A stretch of DNA of 64,000 nt, taken from an uncultured Gemmatimonadaceae bacterium (GTDB lineage: Bacteria; Gemmatimonadota; Gemmatimonadetes; Gemmatimonadales; Gemmatimonadaceae). The translations under genes were made by a program, and so were the position numbers. Under the pieces are notes generated by a model, which was given only the letters and a program-made list of their open reading frames with translations, was not told the DNA's origin and did not search any database. Positions 46,375-57,459 of the stretch are shown piece by piece (the first letter of the stretch is position 1; the number at the start of each line of letters is the position of its first letter). The stretch is taken from positions 1,472,001 to 1,536,000 of the forward strand of contig CAVUDW010000003.1 of assembly GCA_963740355.1 (NCBI GenBank), read 5' to 3'.

Positions 46375-47195
46375 GAATTCGTTGTCGGGTTTCTGTGTCT
46401 GTCGCGTCGGGACTGCACGGCACGCACCACGGCCGCCACCAGCCCTTCGATGGTGGATGGCATCGCTTCCGCCACCACCCGCATTCCAGCGGCATGCGCC
46501 GCCTGTGTCGTGATCGGACCGATCGAGACCACATCGGCCATGGTGTGCATCGGCGCCATCGCAGCCACCCACGCATCGACTGCACTCTTCGCGGCCAGCG
46601 TCACCACGTCGACCGCGCCCTGCTGCAAAGCAGCGCGCACCTCCACCACATCCTCGTCGGCCGCCACGCTGTCGTAGGCTTCGATGCGATCCACCGTCAC
46701 ACCAAGCTCGCGCAATCCGGCGCACAGTTCCGTGCGTGCACCAGCGGCGGCGGGATACAACATCGTCATGCCACTGACATCCCCGCGCAGTGCAAACGCC
46801 TCCAGCAGCCCCTCGGCCACGAATCGCTCCGGCACGAGAGTTGGCTCGACACCACGAGCGCGAATGGCACTGGCCGTCGCACTGCCGACCGCCGCGATCC
46901 GTGTATGGGCCCAGTGCTCCGACGCGATGCCGCACTTCTCGGTCGCGTCGAAGGTCAGCCCGACCGCGGTGGCGCTGGTGAAGATCACCCAGTCATACCG
47001 CGCGAGGGCACACGCCGCTTGCCGCAGCGCCTCGATATCGCGCGCCACGATGCGTGTAGCAGCATACGTCAGGACGCGTGCGCCAAGCTCCTCGAGCGGT
47101 GTGATCAACTGGTCGGCACGCGACGCCGCACGCGTCACGACAACCGTCGCACCGTCCAGTGGACGCGCCAACACGGCGTCACCGGGCACCATCAT
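46371..47195 (-). CDS. hemD: Uroporphyrinogen-III synthase
   Basis: VVVTRA, YDWVIFTSATAV, AAVGSATA, SIGPIT; ATGA overlap with hemC. Confidence 0.85.
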   Translation of the reverse strand: MMVPGDAVLARPLDGATVVVTRAASRADQLITPLEELGARVLTYAATRIVARDIEALRQAACALARYDWVIFTSATAVGLTFDATEKCGIASEHWAHTRIAAVGSATASAIRARGVEPTLVPERFVAEGLLEAFALRGDVSGMTMLYPAAAGARTELCAGLRELGVTVDRIEAYDSVAADEDVVEVRAALQQGAVDVVTLAAKSAVDAWVAAMAPMHTMADVVSIGPITTQAAHAAGMRVVAEAMPSTIEGLVAAVVRAVQSRRDRHRNPTTNS

Positions 47196-47220
47196 GCGTC
47201 GAGGCGCGCCGGCAGCCGGA

Positions 47221-47361
47221 TCACGAGCGCGACACGGTGTCGATGGCGTCACCACGTCGCGACATCGCTCGCGCGCGCACGATCAGTGACACGACGTAGC
47301 CGCCAAACACCATCGCCGCGGCGATGTAGGCCGCGAACATGTACCCTGCATTGTCGGGCAT
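47221..47361 (-). CDS. ccmD: Heme exporter protein D (46 aa, below ORF-track cut-off)
   Basis: MPDNAGYMFAAYIAAAMVFGGYVVSLIVRARAMSRR: single TM then basic tail; TGATG coupled to ccmC. Confidence 0.7.
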   Translation of the reverse strand: MPDNAGYMFAAYIAAAMVFGGYVVSLIVRARAMSRRGDAIDTVSRS

Positions 47362-48098
47362 CAGGCCTCCCCCGCTTCGATCGATTCGACGCGATCACGC
47401 AGCGCCGCGTACTTGAGCCGCCCGCGAAGCAGCGCCACGAACAGCAGCGTGAACGCGATGAACGCGAGCGAAAGCGTCAGCCCCATTTCCGCCGAGAGCT
47501 TCGGCTTCTCCGGCGTGAGGACGATCGGCTGCGGATGCATGGTGCGGAACAGCCGCACGCTCAAGTGAATGAACGGCACCAACAACGCCGCCAGGATGCC
47601 CAGCACCGACGAATACCGTGCGCGCTGCTGCCGGTCTTCGATCGCACCACGCAACACTGTGTAGCCAAGCAGGATGAACCAGAGGAAGAGCGTGCTGGTG
47701 AGGCGCGCGTCCCAGGTCCACCAGGTGCCCCAGATCGGCTTGCCCCACAACGGTCCAGTCACCAGCACGATGCTGAGGAACACCAACGCGATCTCGGCCG
47801 AACTTTCTGCGAGGCGATCGAGTCGCTCGTCCCGCAACCAGAGATACATGGCACCACCGATCGCGACCAACGGGCAGGCCAGGTACAACCCCACCACGGC
47901 TGACGGCACATGGATGTAGAAGATCTTCTGTGCCTCGCCCTGCAGCGCCTCGGGGGGCGTGAACCAGATCGCGCGGACGAGCACCGCAGCCACCGCCACG
48001 GCGGCCAGTGCGAGCAACCAGTCGAAGACCTGCACCGAGGCCCGAACCGGGCGACCGGCGCCGGCCGCTGGCATCGGGCGGGCGAGAGAGTCAGACAT
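47361..48098 (-). CDS. ccmC: Heme exporter protein C
   Basis: IFYIHVP, TGPLWGKPIWGTWWTWDARLT (WWD motif), TMHP. Confidence 0.95.
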   Translation of the reverse strand: MSDSLARPMPAAGAGRPVRASVQVFDWLLALAAVAVAAVLVRAIWFTPPEALQGEAQKIFYIHVPSAVVGLYLACPLVAIGGAMYLWLRDERLDRLAESSAEIALVFLSIVLVTGPLWGKPIWGTWWTWDARLTSTLFLWFILLGYTVLRGAIEDRQQRARYSSVLGILAALLVPFIHLSVRLFRTMHPQPIVLTPEKPKLSAEMGLTLSLAFIAFTLLFVALLRGRLKYAALRDRVESIEAGEA

Positions 48099-48325
48099 GA
48101 GAAACGAAGCGAAAGGACAAAGGTGAATCGGCGTGCAGCTTGAACCGCCCACACGGGCTAAAAGTTACTGCAGAGCCACCAGCAGTCGCGACTCGAGAAA
48201 CCCGGGGCTCCACCGCAACGCGAAGCGCCGAGGATCTTTGATGCCAGCCAAGGCCGAAACCGCGGCGAGACCGGGAGGTATCGCGAGGATTTCCAACGCC
48301 GGGACGGGTCAAAAGGACCGGCGCG

Positions 48326-49021
48326 TCAGTCTTCGATCGTGAATGGAAAGGCCAACACGCAGGCCACGCCGAACATCAGGTCGAACGCCACCAGCAACTG
48401 CACCCAGGGCATGACGGTGGCCAGGTCGGCGCCCACCAGCAGCTTGGCGGAGGCCTGCGCCGCCGGCACGACGACCGGGATGAAAAATGGCAGGGCCAGC
48501 ATCGGCAGCAGCAGCTCGGCAAACCGCGTGTGCACGGTCATCGAGCTGAACAACGTGCCGACCGTCACCAGTCCGAGCGCCGCCAGCAGGCCAATGCCGC
48601 CAAGAATCAGGAGGCCGCTGCCAAACTCGAGGTTGTAGAACAACACGACCGCGGGAATGGTGATCGCCAGCACCGAGGAGACGTACACCAGATTCGCGAG
48701 CGCCTTGCCGAGGAAGATTGCCTCGCGCGGGATCGGGGCGAGCAACAGCCCGTCCATCGCCCGGGTCTGGAGTTCGAGCCCGAAGGCCCGGTGCAGCCCG
48801 AGCATGCCGGCGAAGGCGAAGATCGTCCAGAGCACCCCTGGCGCGACATCGATCGGGCGCACGGCGGTGGGGTCCCACACCATATAAAAGATGCTGACAC
48901 CCAGCAGCGAGAAGACGAGCGAGGCGAAAAACGCGCTCCGGGTGCGGTATTCGATCGCCAGATCCTTGCGCGCGATCATCCACGCGACGGCCATCAGCCC
49001 GGGCGGCCGAAGCTGGCTCAC
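48326..49021 (-). CDS. ccmB: Heme exporter protein B
   Basis: IARKDLAIEYR, PGVLW, LGKAL, LLLPMLALPF. Confidence 0.9.
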   Translation of the reverse strand: MSQLRPPGLMAVAWMIARKDLAIEYRTRSAFFASLVFSLLGVSIFYMVWDPTAVRPIDVAPGVLWTIFAFAGMLGLHRAFGLELQTRAMDGLLLAPIPREAIFLGKALANLVYVSSVLAITIPAVVLFYNLEFGSGLLILGGIGLLAALGLVTVGTLFSSMTVHTRFAELLLPMLALPFFIPVVVPAAQASAKLLVGADLATVMPWVQLLVAFDLMFGVACVLAFPFTIED

Positions 49022-49779
49022 GCCGCCGACTCCAATGCCATGTCCCGGTAGAGCTCGGCATACTCGGCAGGGACGATTCCGGCGGTGGGCTCCATCCGCC
49101 GGATGGTCCCGTCGAGCATGATCGCGGCATGCGTCGCCAACGACAGGCCCTCGTCCACAGAGTGCGTGACTAGCGCCAGTGCAGCGCCGCCATCCCGCAA
49201 TGATAGCAACAGTTGCGTCAGCGCACGTGCTCCTGAGACGTCCAACCCGGTGTACGGCTCGTCCAGCAAAACCAGCGCCGGCCCGTGGACGATCGCCCGA
49301 GCGATGGACACCCGCTGCTGCCACCCACGACTGAGCGCCCGCACCGGCGTCAGCTCACGCCCGCCAAGTCCAAGCCGCGCGATCGCGGCAGCCGTCGCAC
49401 CCGCCACATCCGGCACCCCATGCAGCCGCGCCGCGAACGCGATGTTCTCCGAGACCGTCAGCACATCGTACAGCATGCTCTGATGGCTGATCAGGCCAAC
49501 CTGGCCACGCTCCGCCGTCGCATCACTCTTCAGCGCCCGACCCAGCAGCCGCACATCGCCACTCGTCGGGCGTAGCAGGCCGGCCAGCAATCGCAGCAAC
49601 GTCGTCTTGCCCGCGCCATTGGGACCGAACAGCGCCAGGCACTCACCAGCGTGAATCGCGAGGTCGACGCCCGCCACCGCGCGCCGGCGACCGAATCGTC
49701 GCACCAGCGCCACCGTCTGACAGACGGGAACCCGGTGTGCTGCCGAGGTGTCGGGATTGGCCGGACTGAGCGAATGCAT
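49018..49779 (-). CDS. ccmA: Heme ABC exporter ATP-binding protein
   Basis: GPNGAGKTT, LSRGWQQR, LLDEPYTGLD; upstream of ccmBC. Confidence 0.9.
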   Translation of the reverse strand: MHSLSPANPDTSAAHRVPVCQTVALVRRFGRRRAVAGVDLAIHAGECLALFGPNGAGKTTLLRLLAGLLRPTSGDVRLLGRALKSDATAERGQVGLISHQSMLYDVLTVSENIAFAARLHGVPDVAGATAAAIARLGLGGRELTPVRALSRGWQQRVSIARAIVHGPALVLLDEPYTGLDVSGARALTQLLLSLRDGGAALALVTHSVDEGLSLATHAAIMLDGTIRRMEPTAGIVPAEYAELYRDMALESAA

Positions 49780-49887
49780 CGCGCCAAGCTAACTCTCCTC
49801 GCCACACTCAGCCGCAGCGGTTGCCCGCTTCCGCGCGCCACTGCAAACTGACGGCTCGACTTACTGCCCCCTCACCTCGCCTGCCTC

Positions 49888-51852
49888 ATGTCCGAGATCG
49901 ACGCGCTGCTCACCGAGAATCGCCGCTTCCCCTCACCGGCGGCCTTTCAGCGCGATGCCCACATTGCCGACGCCTCCTTCGCGCGTGACGCCGCCGCCGA
50001 TCCCGACGCCTATTGGGTGAAGATGGCGCAGGAGCTCGAGTGGATCACGCCCTTCACCAAGGGGCTCGAGTGGGACGCCCCCTTCGCCACCTGGTTCCGC
50101 GACGGCCAGCTCAACGTCTCGGCCAATTGTCTCGATCGGCACATCCGCACAGCCCGGCGCAACAAGGCGGCGATCATCTTCGAAGGGGAGCCGGGCGACC
50201 AGCGCACCCTCACCTATTGGCAGCTCTACACCGAGGTCTGCAAGTTCGGCAACGTCCTGCGCAGCCTCGGCGTGCGAAAAGGTGATCGCGTCGCGATCTA
50301 CTTGCCGATGATTCCGGAGGCCGCGATCGCGATGCTGGCCTGCGCGCGCATCGGCGCCATTCACAGCGTCGTCTTCGGCGGCTTCAGCCCCGAGTCGCTG
50401 CGTGATCGCATCAATGATTCGCAGTGTCGTGTGCTCGTGACGGCCGACGGCGGCTTCCGACGCGGTCAGGTGGTGCCACTCAAGCGCAACGCCGACGCCG
50501 CCATGCAGGATACGCCGAGCATCGAGCACTGCATCGTGGTGCAGCGGCGCGCGGGCGCGATGAGTCAGGAGACCTTCGCCGAGATGCAGGATGGCCGCGA
50601 CTCGTTCTGGCACCGGCTGATGTCGAAGGCACCGCTGACCTGCGAGCCGGCGGTGATGGACAGCGAGGATCCGCTCTTCATCCTCTACACCTCAGGCACC
50701 ACCGGCAAACCGAAGGGCATCGTGCACAGCACGGGGGGCTACCTCACCGGTGTGACTGCGACATCGAAGCAGGTGTTCGATCTCAAGGACGACGACGTGT
50801 TCTGGTGTACCGCCGATGTCGGTTGGGTGACGGGCCATTCGTACGTCGTGTACGGCCCGCTGGCGAATGGCGCTACATGCATGTTGTACGAAGGGGCACC
50901 GGATTGGCCCGACAAGAATCGCATGTGGGACATGTGCGAGCGCCACGGCATCACGATCTTCTACACCGCACCGACTGCCATTCGCGCCTTCATGAAGTGG
51001 GGCGAGAAACATCCCAATCAGCACGATCTCTCCCGCCTGCGATTGCTTGGCACTGTGGGTGAGCCGATCAATCCTGAAGCGTGGATGTGGTATCATCGCG
51101 TGATCGGCAAGGAACGTTGTCCGATCGTCGATACCTGGTGGCAGACGGAAACCGGCGCGATCGTCATTTCGCCGTTGCCCGGCGTGACCGAGACGAAGCC
51201 CGGCAGTGCGACACATGCGCTCCCTGGCTACAGCGTGGAGCTGGTCGACAAGAACGCGACACCGATTCCCGTCGGCGGCGGATTGCTCACGATCACACGT
51301 CCGTGGCCGAGCATGCTGCGCACGATCTGGGGCGACCGTCAGCGCTATGTCGACACCTATTTCAGCAAGTGGCCGGGCCGGCCCGATCTCTATTTCGCCG
51401 GCGATGGTGCGAAGCTCGACGAGGATGGGTACTGGTGGATTCTGGGCCGAGTGGATGACGTGCTGAACGTGGCGGGCCACCGAATCGGGACAATGGAAGT
51501 CGAGAGCGCGCTGGTGGGGCATCCGTCCGTCGCGGAAGCGGCGGTGGTCGGCAAGGATCATGAGTTGAAGGGCCAGGCGATCGCGGCATTCGTGACGCTG
51601 CGCGAAGGCTTTCATCCGTCGTCGTCATTGCGCGACGAGCTGCGTGACTTCGTGGGTGAGAAGATCGGTGCGATCGCGAAGCCGGACGACATTCTCTTCA
51701 GCGCCGACCTGCCCAAGACGCGGTCGGGCAAGATCATGCGTCGTCTGTTGCGGGACATCGCCGAGGGCCGCGCGCTGGGTGATACGACCACGCTTGCGGA
51801 CCCGAGCGTGGTGGCGGGCCTGAAGGAGCAGTACGAGGCGCAGGAATCGTGA
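49888..51852 (+). CDS. acs: Acetyl-CoA synthetase
   Basis: [37 protein letters not shown]. Confidence 0.97.
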   Translation: MSEIDALLTENRRFPSPAAFQRDAHIADASFARDAAADPDAYWVKMAQELEWITPFTKGLEWDAPFATWFRDGQLNVSANCLDRHIRTARRNKAAIIFEGEPGDQRTLTYWQLYTEVCKFGNVLRSLGVRKGDRVAIYLPMIPEAAIAMLACARIGAIHSVVFGGFSPESLRDRINDSQCRVLVTADGGFRRGQVVPLKRNADAAMQDTPSIEHCIVVQRRAGAMSQETFAEMQDGRDSFWHRLMSKAPLTCEPAVMDSEDPLFILYTSGTTGKPKGIVHSTGGYLTGVTATSKQVFDLKDDDVFWCTADVGWVTGHSYVVYGPLANGATCMLYEGAPDWPDKNRMWDMCERHGITIFYTAPTAIRAFMKWGEKHPNQHDLSRLRLLGTVGEPINPEAWMWYHRVIGKERCPIVDTWWQTETGAIVISPLPGVTETKPGSATHALPGYSVELVDKNATPIPVGGGLLTITRPWPSMLRTIWGDRQRYVDTYFSKWPGRPDLYFAGDGAKLDEDGYWWILGRVDDVLNVAGHRIGTMEVESALVGHPSVAEAAVVGKDHELKGQAIAAFVTLREGFHPSSSLRDELRDFVGEKIGAIAKPDDILFSADLPKTRSGKIMRRLLRDIAEGRALGDTTTLADPSVVAGLKEQYEAQES

Positions 51853-51907
51853 CGGGAACCGCGGTGGGCGCTGGCACCGGCCGCCCGCCGCGCTTACCCT
51901 TCCCTGC

Positions 51908-52282
51908 ATGAGCCTTCTCGGCCGGTTGTTCCCTGACACGTTGTTTCCCAGAAAGCTCAGCGATGCTGCCGAGCGTCGCCTGCGCCTGGCGCAGGCACGT
52001 GCAGAGGAAGCGGTGCTCGAGACGCATGTGCGCAACGCGTTGCTGTATGTCGACACACTGGCCGGCGAACTGCCCTTCGATCGTGCGATCGAGACGTACA
52101 TCCGCATGATGGGCATCCCGGAGCCACTCGCCAGCACGGTGGCCACCCGTACACTGGTGGTGCTCGGTGATGATGTGGTGCCCGAGCGTACGACACCACT
52201 CGGTGATCACATGGTGGGTGACGATGTGCTGCCGATGGTGCGTATCGCGGCGTCGAACGACGGAACGGCGCGCCGACGCTGA
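51908..52282 (+). CDS. Hypothetical protein
   Basis: 124-aa helical ORF after acs, followed by a terminator. Confidence 0.7.
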   Translation: MSLLGRLFPDTLFPRKLSDAAERRLRLAQARAEEAVLETHVRNALLYVDTLAGELPFDRAIETYIRMMGIPEPLASTVATRTLVVLGDDVVPERTTPLGDHMVGDDVLPMVRIAASNDGTARRR

Positions 52283-52307
52283 GCCATCAGCGGCGATGCA
52301 CGTGACA

Positions 52308-52339
52308 GCGGGGCGAGCCTCTCAAGGCTCGCCCCGCTT
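52308..52339. terminator. Hairpin between convergent genes
   Basis: AGCGGGGCGAGCCT...AGGCTCGCCCCGCT. Confidence 0.65.
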
Positions 52340-52416
52340 CGTATTCACGTCCCTCGTTCCGCCGACTGCCGCGCGTCGCTGGCCGGCTACGTCGCGGTCG
52401 TCGACTTCGAGGCCAG

Positions 52417-53157
52417 CTACTTCTTGGCCGGCTCCGGCACCGCGGCCGGGATGGGCAGGTTGGCGGCGTTCGCGGCGTCGACGGCAGCCTTGATGTCATC
52501 GTAGTTCGCGGCGCCCTGCATCTTGGTGCCGTTGACGTAGAAGGTTGGCGTGCTGCCCACCTGCTTCATCAGGCCCAGCGAGTAGTTCGCCTTGATGCGA
52601 TCGAGATGGGTGCTGGCGTCCATGCAGGCGTTCCACTTCGGCATGTCGAGACCGAGCTTCTGCGCATAGGTGCTGATCACACCGCGCGGGTTGCTGGTGG
52701 CCTGTCCGTTCCACTCGATCTGCCCGTTGAAGATCGCGTCATGCATTTCCCAGAACTTGCCCTGGTCGTCGGCGCAGGCGGCCGACATCGCAGCCGGAAT
52801 CGTGTTCTGGTGCGCGTTGAGCAACGGGAAGTCATAGAACGTGTAGCGCGCCAGTCCCGTCTCGACGAGGTGCTTCCGCACGTCGGGTTCCGTGATGGTG
52901 GCGAAGCTGCCGCAGGCTGGACACTCGAAGTCGGCGAACTCCATGATCTCGACCGGCGCGGTCGGGGAACCGATGGTGTAGCCGTGCGCCTTGGCAGCGA
53001 GCACCGAATCCGCAATGCTGGGCAGCGCGATCGGCACCTCGGCAGGCTTGTTCTGCGTCTTCCACCAGATGAAGGCGCCGCCGGCGACGACGATCGCAGC
53101 GAGTGCGCCGACGAAGGCGGTGTTGTTGGACTTCTTGCGAACTGGCGCAGCACTCAC
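52417..53157 (-). CDS. DsbA/BdbD-like thiol-disulfide oxidoreductase
   Basis: N-terminal TM, EFADFECPAC, GKFWEMHD, STPTFYVNG. Confidence 0.9.
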   Translation of the reverse strand: MSAAPVRKKSNNTAFVGALAAIVVAGGAFIWWKTQNKPAEVPIALPSIADSVLAAKAHGYTIGSPTAPVEIMEFADFECPACGSFATITEPDVRKHLVETGLARYTFYDFPLLNAHQNTIPAAMSAACADDQGKFWEMHDAIFNGQIEWNGQATSNPRGVISTYAQKLGLDMPKWNACMDASTHLDRIKANYSLGLMKQVGSTPTFYVNGTKMQGAANYDDIKAAVDAANAANLPIPAAVPEPAKK

Positions 53158-53504
53158 GATGGGTCGCCCTCAGTGGTATCGGGTGCACCGAGGGGCGGTG
53201 TCCCGTGACGGATGTCGTTCGGATCGTACAAACGCTGCGCGACGGTCGTGTCGCGCGCGTCAGCCGCCTCGACAGCGGCCCCCAAGGGTAGGTGTACCAC
53301 CAGCAGTCGCGCTAGTTCATCCGTGGCATTTGATGCCGGTCAGTGGCAAATCGTGGCATGGCATGGCAGTCGATGTCCTTCGGCGCCGTTCAGCGGCATT
53401 CGCTCGCGTGGTACATTTCCCGAGTGCCGCGCCCGCCCGTCATCGCCACACCACCATTCTCGCCGCTCCCGTCCGTTCAACGACGGCTGCCGTCGACGCG
53501 CTCG

Positions 53505-54365
53505 GTGTTGCCGTACCTGCCGCCGGATGGCGATTACGTCCGCCTCCCGGTCGGCCCCGGCGCCCTGCACGCGTTGCGGTATGGCCATGGCGGACCGGCA
53601 GTGCTGCTGCTGCATGGCTTCACCACCAGCGCGCCGCTCTGGACGAGGGTGGCCCCGACGCTGCTGGCGAATGGCTGCCAGGTGATCGTGCCGGACCTGC
53701 TGGGTTTTGGTGAATCGGATCGGCCGGTAGGCGGGCCCTACACCGTTTCAGCACAGGCCCGGTACCTCGATCGGGCGCTGGCGCTGCTCCGCGTGAGCCG
53801 AGTGGTGGCGGTCGGACAGGACCTCGGCTGCGTCGTGTTGCGCCGTTTGGCATTGATTCGGCCCGAGCGGATCAGCGCGATGGTGTTCTGCTCGCCGACC
53901 CCAGGGGACAGCACGGGTGGCCCGGAAATCGACGCCGTCCGCGGGCAGACCGGTCCGGCACTGCTCGAGATCTCGAGTCGGCCGCTCGGGGTAGTAGATC
54001 TGCTGGGGCCTGTCCTGCGAGGGGCGGTAACCGAGCGGGAGAATATGCCAGACAAGCTGGTGGCGCGTTTTTCAGCGCCGTACACGGGCAGTCAGGGTGC
54101 CCGGCACCTCCTCGATCTGGCCCGCGCGGTGGGCGAGGAGGACGAAGGTGGCCCTGTGCTCGTCAGCGATATCAGGACGATGCGCGTCACTGGAGAGGAT
54201 GATCCGATGGTCGCGCCGCCGACAGCGCCGGTGATTCGCCTCCCTGGCGCCATGCGGTTACTCCCTGTGGAACGCCCGGGCCCGCTTGCGGCGCTCATCA
54301 TGGAGCGAGTGGAAGCAACACACGATTCGCCGGTCTCGCTGGAAGAACGCGGCGGACTCGACTAG
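53505..54365 (+). CDS. Alpha/beta hydrolase fold protein (start uncertain)
   Basis: LLLHGF, PDLLGFGESD, GQDLG. Confidence 0.75.
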   Translation: MLPYLPPDGDYVRLPVGPGALHALRYGHGGPAVLLLHGFTTSAPLWTRVAPTLLANGCQVIVPDLLGFGESDRPVGGPYTVSAQARYLDRALALLRVSRVVAVGQDLGCVVLRRLALIRPERISAMVFCSPTPGDSTGGPEIDAVRGQTGPALLEISSRPLGVVDLLGPVLRGAVTERENMPDKLVARFSAPYTGSQGARHLLDLARAVGEEDEGGPVLVSDIRTMRVTGEDDPMVAPPTAPVIRLPGAMRLLPVERPGPLAALIMERVEATHDSPVSLEERGGLD

Positions 54366-54395
54366 TTTTCCAGCATTACAGATGCAACCAATGAG

Positions 54396-54815
54396 GTGAA
54401 TTTGACGAAAAAGAATCGACAGCGTCGAGTAGTGACGCCGCCGACACCGTTCGAGCAGGCGCGGGATGAGTTGTTCCAGCAGATCATGCGATGTGAAGTC
54501 ATCGGTGCTTCGCCCGATCATCAGGGCGAGTGGTTCACCGAGACCATGGCTTACTTCGCCGAGCGCTATCCGGAGTTGAAGCCGGCAGATGTGAATGACT
54601 TGCGGAAGTTGGGCGAGCGGTTTGTGCAGCCGCCGAAGGCCGCAGTCGTGACCGAGGATGCACCGGCAGTTGCGTCGGTCGCGTCAACGCCAGAAGAAGC
54701 GGCGATCGATGCGCTGGTCGGAGAAGAAATTGCAGCCGACAGCAGCACCGAGTCCGCAGATGTGACGGCTGATGTGACCGCGGAGTTGGAAGAGGCGGAG
54801 ACCGTTCCCGCCTGA
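54396..54815 (+). CDS. Hypothetical protein with acidic tail
   Basis: GAGG RBS; helical N-domain and Ala/Glu/Asp-rich C-terminus. Confidence 0.75.
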   Translation: MNLTKKNRQRRVVTPPTPFEQARDELFQQIMRCEVIGASPDHQGEWFTETMAYFAERYPELKPADVNDLRKLGERFVQPPKAAVVTEDAPAVASVASTPEEAAIDALVGEEIAADSSTESADVTADVTAELEEAETVPA

Positions 54816-54838
54816 TACGCGGTTCGATGCACGCGATA

Positions 54839-54875
54839 CGCCCCCCGCACTCCAAGTGCGGGGGGCGTTTTGTTT
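54839..54875 (+). terminator. Intrinsic terminator
   Basis: CGCCCCCCGCACT-CCA-AGTGCGGGGGGCG followed by TTTTGTTT. Confidence 0.85.
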
Positions 54876-54939
54876 CCCCCGTCCCACGCGCGGTGCCCGA
54901 TCGAGCACCGCGCGTGGCGATCGCTGCGGCGTGTGTGGC

Positions 54940-57306
54940 CTAAAACCGCGTGCCGATCGAGAAGAACGCCAGGCGACGCGCGCCGGTCAGCATGGTCTGC
55001 GTGTCGCCGGTCAACGTCATGCCGTTCGTCCCGATCGTTCCGATGTAGTTCGCATCGGTGAGATTCAGCACGTTGGCCCGGAAGGTCAATTCGCGAACAC
55101 CCGGCACGTTCCGCAGCGTGTACTCGGCATTGGCATCGAGCGTGGTGTAGCTCGGCACCTTGCCATCGTCACTGTTGAGGATCGAGAAATACCGTTCGGC
55201 CACGTAGCGGCCTCCAAGCTGCGCCACGAAGCCAGCGCGCTGATACCGCACCTGCGCATTGCCGAGCAGGCGCGGCGTGTCGACCACACGCTTCCCCTTC
55301 GAGCGAACCGTGTCCGACGCACCGCTCACATAGTTGTCGTTGATCGTGGCGTCGGTGTATGCCGCGCTGGTGGTGAGCGAGAGACCGTCGGCAAGGCGCA
55401 ACGAGAGCAGGCCTTCAGCGCCGCGTGACGTCACACCGCCAACGTTGGCGAACGAGCTGACGCAGGTGGCGGTGAGTGGGCAGACCGACACACCGATGAG
55501 TCGATTGCGATAGGCCACATTGAACACCGTGAGCGAGGCCTCGACGGGGCCGCGGCGGGTGCGATATCCACCCTCGACCGTGGTGGCGCGCTCTGGCTTG
55601 GTGTTGTCCTTGAAGTACTGGAAACCCACCGGGCTGGTGTTGTACACACCACTCTGCGGGCTGTACGGCAGTGCGTTCACGTTCTCCGAGACGTTGGCGA
55701 AGAATTCATCCTGCTCCGTCGCACTCCAGACCGCGCCGACCTGCGGCAGGAAGCCACCATTGGTCGCAATCGAGAGATTCGGACGGCCGGAGTCCGGCAA
55801 CGTCTTCGCACTCGCGATCGTGCGGTCATTGCTGTTGAAGTCGGCACCGATGTGCAACACCTTGGCGCCGTACGACAGCTTCAGGCGACCATCCAGCAGG
55901 CGATTCGTGTTCTGTGCGTAGAACAGCGTGGTGTTGTACTGACCCGTGCGATCGAAGAACAGCCGGAGGACGTTGTTGAAATCGACCTCGGGGCCGATGG
56001 TGGCGTTCTTCAGGCGCCAGCCAACGCGACGAATCGTCGACTCGTTGTTTTCATACCAGCCACCGATCTCCAGTTCATTGCCAGGCAGGTCGAACGTCAG
56101 CTTCGCATTGCTGCCGAAACGCTGGCTGGCATACTGCGTCTGGCGGAAGTAGATGGGGTCGGGACTCCAGCTCGAACCGTAACTCGGCGCCGTCCAGTCA
56201 CCAGCACCGCGATTGGTGTGCACGTATGGCTGAATCTCGAACCGCGCGACATCGCTGAGCCGGAACATTCCCTTCACGTACCCGATGTTGTCGCGACGCT
56301 GACCATCGGCGGTGTTGTAGTACGCCTCGTCGGGCGTGCTGCTCTGGGCCGCCGCCAGCGCCTGCGACCAGCTGGAGTACTGATCCCAGTCACGACCGCT
56401 CGCGCGCCAGCGCTGCAGCGACAAGTCGGCGTAGTCACTCTCGGTGCGATCGGAGAGGCCGTAGAACGCCACGATCTGGTGTGCCCCAGCAAAATACTGG
56501 ACCTTGGCATTGATCTGGTCCTGCCACGTCTCGCCCACGCCGAACAATCCGCCGCGCGCACCGAGCAGCGCGTTGGCCTCTGGCGCCGCGCGCGTGCCCG
56601 AGCCTTTCCACTTGTCGTTGTCGATGCGGGCGTAGCTCAGGAACGCCTTGATGCCGCTGGTGCTGCTGAGCTGCAGCAGGCCAGTGTCGAAACGCCCTGC
56701 AGTGCGGAACGTGTTCGCCGCGCCGACCATCTGCGACAGCGACAGCGTGCGCTTGCCGAACGGATCGCCCGACGTGTACTGCACGACGCCACCGAGGTTG
56801 TTGCTGGACGACGTGCCGAGTGCGCCGCTGCCCTGCAGGACCGTGGCACCACCGAGGTTATCGGGGTCGATCGCACGGCCAATGCCGAGCCCATTGAAAT
56901 TGCCGTACGACATGTCGCCGAGCGTGATGCCGTCGAAGGTCTGCCCGATCTGCTGCGTCTGGAAGCCACGCATGGTGATGCGGTTCGACCATTCGTAGGT
57001 GCCGAACGGATCGGCGCTCTGCATGTTCACGCCAGGCAGTCGCTCGACCACCTTGAGCGCACTGGTGCCGACTGGTGCGAGTTGCAGGTCGACGGGATCG
57101 ACAGCGCTCCCAGCGCGGGCTTTGCCGCGACCAACGCGCGAGCCGACGACTTCCACGGTTCGCAGTCGCTGCACTGAATCGCGCTGCGTCGTGGTGCGAC
57201 CGGCAGGTGTGGCCTGGCCATGCAAGGATGCGGCGATCGCCGTGCTCAACGCCGCCGCGGCAAGACAGGCGCGTGCAAAATCCGTCGTTGGACGAATGAA
57301 TGACAT
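54940..57306 (-). CDS. TonB-dependent receptor
   Basis: Signal peptide, TVEVVG TonB box, LPGV plug, NVLNLTD, C-terminal Phe. Confidence 0.9.
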   Translation of the reverse strand: MSFIRPTTDFARACLAAAALSTAIAASLHGQATPAGRTTTQRDSVQRLRTVEVVGSRVGRGKARAGSAVDPVDLQLAPVGTSALKVVERLPGVNMQSADPFGTYEWSNRITMRGFQTQQIGQTFDGITLGDMSYGNFNGLGIGRAIDPDNLGGATVLQGSGALGTSSSNNLGGVVQYTSGDPFGKRTLSLSQMVGAANTFRTAGRFDTGLLQLSSTSGIKAFLSYARIDNDKWKGSGTRAAPEANALLGARGGLFGVGETWQDQINAKVQYFAGAHQIVAFYGLSDRTESDYADLSLQRWRASGRDWDQYSSWSQALAAAQSSTPDEAYYNTADGQRRDNIGYVKGMFRLSDVARFEIQPYVHTNRGAGDWTAPSYGSSWSPDPIYFRQTQYASQRFGSNAKLTFDLPGNELEIGGWYENNESTIRRVGWRLKNATIGPEVDFNNVLRLFFDRTGQYNTTLFYAQNTNRLLDGRLKLSYGAKVLHIGADFNSNDRTIASAKTLPDSGRPNLSIATNGGFLPQVGAVWSATEQDEFFANVSENVNALPYSPQSGVYNTSPVGFQYFKDNTKPERATTVEGGYRTRRGPVEASLTVFNVAYRNRLIGVSVCPLTATCVSSFANVGGVTSRGAEGLLSLRLADGLSLTTSAAYTDATINDNYVSGASDTVRSKGKRVVDTPRLLGNAQVRYQRAGFVAQLGGRYVAERYFSILNSDDGKVPSYTTLDANAEYTLRNVPGVRELTFRANVLNLTDANYIGTIGTNGMTLTGDTQTMLTGARRLAFFSIGTRF

Positions 57307-57459
57307 GTGGGGAATTCTCCGGAGTGGATTGATGCGGGCATTGCGTCGCCAGCACTGAGCATCTTCTCCGGGTCGTGCACCAATCGCGTGCAGGATACCG
57401 CTACGGCCGTGTCACAACTCGCGGCATGAATTCGTGACGACGGGTTCGGCGCGTGCAGG

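Noticed and set aside
46375..46935. Apparent N-terminal extension or fusion on hemC
   Set aside because: Alternative frame over hemD; hemD and hemC are separate genes with an ATGA overlap.
57307..57459. Cobalamin or TPP riboswitch before the TonB receptor
   Set aside because: Leader is short and lacks the conserved riboswitch motifs I could recognise.
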